Below, piece after piece: positions 51,075 through 54,699 of a stretch of 54,699 bases of DNA. Source of the DNA: Kofleriaceae bacterium (GTDB lineage: Bacteria > Myxococcota_A > Polyangia > Haliangiales > Haliangiaceae); NCBI GenBank assembly GCA_965215005.1, contig CBDCCZ010000024.1:1-54699 (forward strand), in the 5' to 3' direction. The notes under the pieces are model-generated. The model was not told the DNA's origin and did not search any database. It was given only the letters and a program-made list of their open reading frames with translations. Position 1 is the stretch's first letter, and each line of letters starts with the position of its first letter. A program made the translations under genes and the position numbers.

Positions 51075-51674
51075 CTACGGCGCGCCTCCGCACTCTGGTG
51101 AGTCGTCGCACTCCCTGACGCAGTCGTTGGTGAGCCCACAGTCGACGCCACCGGTGCAGGAGTTGTCGCCGCACCACACCTGGCACTGGCTCACGCTGCA
51201 GCTCACCTGGCCGCCGCACGACTCGTCGTCGCGGCAATCGACGAGGCATTGCGTGGAGGTGCCGCAGTCGATAGGCGCTGGGCAGGCGCCCTTGCCATGA
51301 CATTCCACGCGGCACGGGATGGCCCCCGGACAGGTCACCGCGCCGCAATCTCGCCCTGGACCGCGCCCATCCCTGCCGCACTCGATGACGCAAACGCCGG
51401 CGACGCAGGTGCCTTGGGTGCAAAGCGTTGGGCACGCATCGACCGGCCCGGCATCCGGCGAGCCGGTGCTGGGCCCGCCATCGATCTCGGTCCCGCCGTC
51501 GGTATCGGTACCTTCCGTGGGATCGGCAGGTCCCATCGGCCCGCTCCCCGGCGGTTGCACGACGGGCCCGCCATCGGCGCCAAGGCCCGGCAAGCCGGAG
51601 CCATCGAACTGGCAGCCTAGGCTCGAGATGGCCCACACAGCCAGACAACACCACATGCACACGCGCAGCGACAT
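51075..51674 (-). CDS. Cys-rich lipoprotein
   Basis: Lipobox SLGC, Pro/Gly/Asp linker, then periodic Cys repeats (C.V.C.G..AC...IDC). Confidence 0.7.
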   Translation of the reverse strand: MSLRVCMWCCLAVWAISSLGCQFDGSGLPGLGADGGPVVQPPGSGPMGPADPTEGTDTDGGTEIDGGPSTGSPDAGPVDACPTLCTQGTCVAGVCVIECGRDGRGPGRDCGAVTCPGAIPCRVECHGKGACPAPIDCGTSTQCLVDCRDDESCGGQVSCSVSQCQVWCGDNSCTGGVDCGLTNDCVRECDDSPECGGAP

Positions 51675-51685
51675 ACGGAGGGTTG

Positions 51686-51701
51686 AGCAATCCTCATACC
51701 T
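51686..51701 (-). promoter_or_regulatory. Putative sigma54 promoter
   Basis: Minus strand AGGTATGAGGATTGCT, GG-N10-GC; ATG 12 nt downstream of the GC. Confidence 0.5.
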
Positions 51702-51789
51702 TTCCCGTGGTGTTGCTACGCCCGCGAAACTGCTAGTAGGCCACACAACAGCTGTGGCACCCAAAGTCCCCGAAGCGCCGACTCGATCC

Positions 51790-53470
51790 TCACGCCTCCG
51801 CGTCGGTGACGGCGCCCATGCTGGCGGAGGCCACCTGGCGAGCGTACTTGGCCAGCACACCCCGTCGCACCTTGGGGGCCGGCGCCTGCCAGCTGCCGCG
51901 GCGACGTTCGAGCTCCGCCGCATCGAGCTCGAGCTGCAGAATTCGGCGCTCGCCATCGATCGTGATGACGTCACCGTTCTCGACCAGGGCGATCGGTCCG
52001 CCCTCCGCGGCTTCCGGAACGACGTGGCCTACGACCATGCCGTACGTGCCTCCGGAGAACCGCCCATCCGTGATGAGGCCGACGCTATCGCCCAGCCCCC
52101 TTGCCGATGATGGCGGAGGTCGGCGACAGCATCTCGCGCATACCCGGGCCGCCCCGCGGGCCCTCGTAGCGGATCACGACGATATCGCCGGCGACAATCG
52201 AATCGCTGAGAATGGCGGCCATCGCCGCTTCTTCCGAGTCATAGACGTTGGCCGGGCCCCGCAATACCCGCGTCTTCACGCCACTGAGCTTGGCGACCGC
52301 ACCGCCAGGAGCGAGGTTGCCGCGCAGGATGGCCAGGTGACCGCGTTCATACATGGGTTGCTTCCAAGGTCGAATGACGTCTTGCGCCGGATCGGGCGCC
52401 TCGGGCACCTCGGCGAGCACCTCGGCGATGGTTTGACCGCTGATGGTTTGGCAGTCGCCAGCGAGAAGGCCGTGCACGAGCAGCATCTTCATGACGAGAG
52501 GCACGCCGCCAACGCGATGAAAGTCGACTGCGAGATAGCGGCCCGATGGCTTGAGGTCGCACAGCACCGGGACGCGCGCGCCGATGGTTTCGAAGTCATC
52601 GAGCGTGAGCACCACGCCCGCGGCGTGAGCGATGGCGAGCAAATGGAGCACGGCGTTGGTCGAGCCGCCGATCGCGGTGACCACGGCGATGGCGTTGAGC
52701 AGCGCCGGCCTGGTGAGAATGTGCCGCGGCAGCCGCTGGTGCTCGATCGCTTGCACCAAGACCTCGGCAGACCGCGCGGCGCTGTCAGCTTTGTCGGCAT
52801 CCACCGCGGCCATGGTGGAGGAGCCGGGCAGGCTCATTCCCATCGCTTCGAAGGCGCTCGACATGGTGTTGGCGGTGTACATGCCGCCGCACGAGCCAGG
52901 GCCGGGGCAGGCATGTTTCTCGATTGCGGTGAGTGCGGCCTCGTCGATGGCGCGGGCCGCGTGCGCGCCCACCGCTTCGAACACCGACACCACGTTGAGC
53001 TCGCGCTCGCCGAGCCGTCCCGGTTTGATGGTGCCGCCATAAACGAACACCGCCGGCAGGTTCAAACGCGCGATGGCGATCATCGCGCCGGGCATGTTCT
53101 TATCGCAGCCGCCGATCGCCAGCACCCCGTCCATCTGCTGAGCGCCGCACACGGTCTCGATGCTGTCGGCGATGACCTCGCGTGAGACCAGCGAGTAGCG
53201 CATGCCGGGGGTGCCCATCGAGATGCCATCGGAGACGGTGATGGTGCCGAACGTCTGCGGCATTGCGCCGGCGGCACGGGCGGCGGCGGCGGCGCGTGTT
53301 GCGAGCACATTGAGACCGGCGTTGCACGGCGTTAGGTCGGAGAAGCCGTTGGCGATGCCGATGATGGGCTTATCGAAGTCGCCATCGGTGAAGCCCACCG
53401 CGCGAAGCATCGCGCGATTGGGAGCGCGCTCGGGCCCGGTGGTGATCGCCCGACTGTTGCGATTGTTCAT
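51790..53470 (-). CDS. ilvD: Dihydroxy-acid dehydratase (one +1 frameshift near 52096-52100)
   Basis: [40 protein letters not shown] and [14 protein letters not shown]; removing one G from a G5 run restores [28 protein letters not shown]. Confidence 0.93.
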
Positions 53471-53524
53471 GACGGCAGCGAGCGTAGCGGATACGTGGCG
53501 CTGCTCGGGGCGGTTTCGCGTTGG

Positions 53525-54439
53525 CTACGAATCGAAGCGAAACGCCTGCATCGTGGACTCGAGGTCGCGGGTGGCGGCAAAGCCGGTTGCTTCACGAAAT
53601 CGGCTGCCGTCGATGACCACCGGATACTTGAGGTGCTCCAACGCGCCCTTGGGCAGCCGCGGCAGCCCAAACCGCCCCACGAGCAGCCGAAATAGCGGCT
53701 CCGGCACTGGCACCGGCGAGCGGCCGGTTTTTCGGATGAGCAGGGATAACGGCAACGGATCGGCACCCGCTACATTGAAGACGCCGCGCGCATTGCTCTC
53801 GAGCGCCGTGCAGATGGCGGCGGCGGTGTCGTCATCGTGCATGAACTGAAACAGCGGGTCGAACCCGAGGACGTATGGCACCCGGGTGCCGCGCAGAAAG
53901 TTGGCCAGAGTGCCGGTTCGCGCTGGGCCGAGCGTGTAGCACATGCGCAGCACGCAGGTGGAAATCGCGGGATACCGCCACAATGCCGAACCGGCGTAGA
54001 GATCCGCGGCGACTAAGTCTGCCAGCTCGGGAAAGGTCGTGACCGCCATTGGCGGGTCGTCTTCGCGGTGGTAGAGCGGCGAGTCGGCGGCGGCGCCGTA
54101 GTAGGTGTGGCGACCGACGAACACCGCCCGCTGCACCTCGTAGGCGTGGCAATGCTCGAAGACGGCGCGGGTTCCGTAGAGGTTGATGCGGAAGCGGTCG
54201 GCGCTGCGGGTCATCAAATGCGTGACCGTGGCCATGTGAATGACCGCCTCCGGGCGCCAGCGGCGAAACACATCTTCGGCGGGACGCTTGCGGACGTCGA
54301 CCTGATGCAGCGCAACCGCCGGCGGCGCCTCGGGCCATGGTCGGCGGTCGATACCGGCGACGTCGTGACCGGTTTCCAAGAGGCGCGTCGCGACGCGCTG
54401 GCCAATCGGCGAGGAGATGCCAGTGATGAGGACCTTCAT
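53525..54439 (-). CDS. NAD-dependent epimerase/dehydratase (extended SDR)
   Basis: [13 protein letters not shown]ossmann motif, AVIHMA, INLYGT and FQFMHDDD. Confidence 0.85.
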   Translation of the reverse strand: MKVLITGISSPIGQRVATRLLETGHDVAGIDRRPWPEAPPAVALHQVDVRKRPAEDVFRRWRPEAVIHMATVTHLMTRSADRFRINLYGTRAVFEHCHAYEVQRAVFVGRHTYYGAAADSPLYHREDDPPMAVTTFPELADLVAADLYAGSALWRYPAISTCVLRMCYTLGPARTGTLANFLRGTRVPYVLGFDPLFQFMHDDDTAAAICTALESNARGVFNVAGADPLPLSLLIRKTGRSPVPVPEPLFRLLVGRFGLPRLPKGALEHLKYPVVIDGSRFREATGFAATRDLESTMQAFRFDS

Positions 54440-54699
54440 GGGTTCTTTCGCAGTTGCTCGCCGACCTCGATGAGGCCAGCGATGCGCGCTTTGATCTGTT
54501 CGATGTAGCCGTCGATCACCTCGTCGGCTTCGTTGCCCGAGCCTTGCAAATACATCGGCTCGCTCAATACCAGCGCCAGCGGGACCCGGCGCGGCAGCGG
54601 CAATAAATACGGCGTAACAGCACGTAGGGCATTCCAAATAGCTTTCCGAGCCGATAGAGGTTGGCGACGGTGGGGATGGCATCGCCGCCGCCGACGAAG
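54436..54699 (-). CDS. Lysophospholipid acyltransferase-family protein, C-terminal fragment (one frameshift near 54620)
   Basis: [36 protein letters not shown]...EPM...[27 protein letters not shown] overlap with the SDR gene. Confidence 0.6.
   Translation of the reverse strand, partial: LRRRRRCHPHRRQPLSARKAIWNALRAVTPYLLPLPRRVPLALVLSEPMYLQGSGNEADEVIDGYIEQIKARIAGLIEVGEQLRKNP

Overview
GC-rich bacterial DNA whose gene content points to Myxococcota (Haliangium/Kofleria-like; inference). The content includes Hanks-type Ser/Thr kinases, an FHA-sigma54 activator, a TSP3-OmpA protein and Cys-rich lipoproteins. The left ~21 kb is a visibly less GC-rich accessory region. It holds (i) a decaying putative peptide-signalling/RiPP-like module: a WD40 membrane kinase, a double-glycine-leader peptide gene split by an ISKra4-family IS, a hairpin and an erythromycin-esterase-fold lipoprotein, then a second cryptic GG-leader peptide, hairpin and lipoprotein, with a divergent pseudogenised FHA-sigma54 activator. 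It also holds (ii) IS66 and IS3 remnants and (iii) a ~2330-aa SpvB/FG-GAP/Rhs/HINT polymorphic toxin with a BECR-type tip and an immunity gene. The right ~34 kb looks like core genome: heme A synthase, DUF429, OmpA-TSP3, kinase/TPR pair, metzincin, a triple Cu-SOD-like lipoprotein, a PIG-L/methyltransferase/GT2/acyl-CoA-dehydrogenase cassette, an atypical Hsp70 with an HPD-less J-like partner, ask-ectB with a divergent MarR but no ectA/ectC, infA, ilvD and an SDR/acyltransferase pair. Several single-base frameshifts, some in homopolymers, suggest long-read assembly errors. No rRNA, tRNA or CRISPR array was recognised. Family assignments come from motif recognition only, not database searches.
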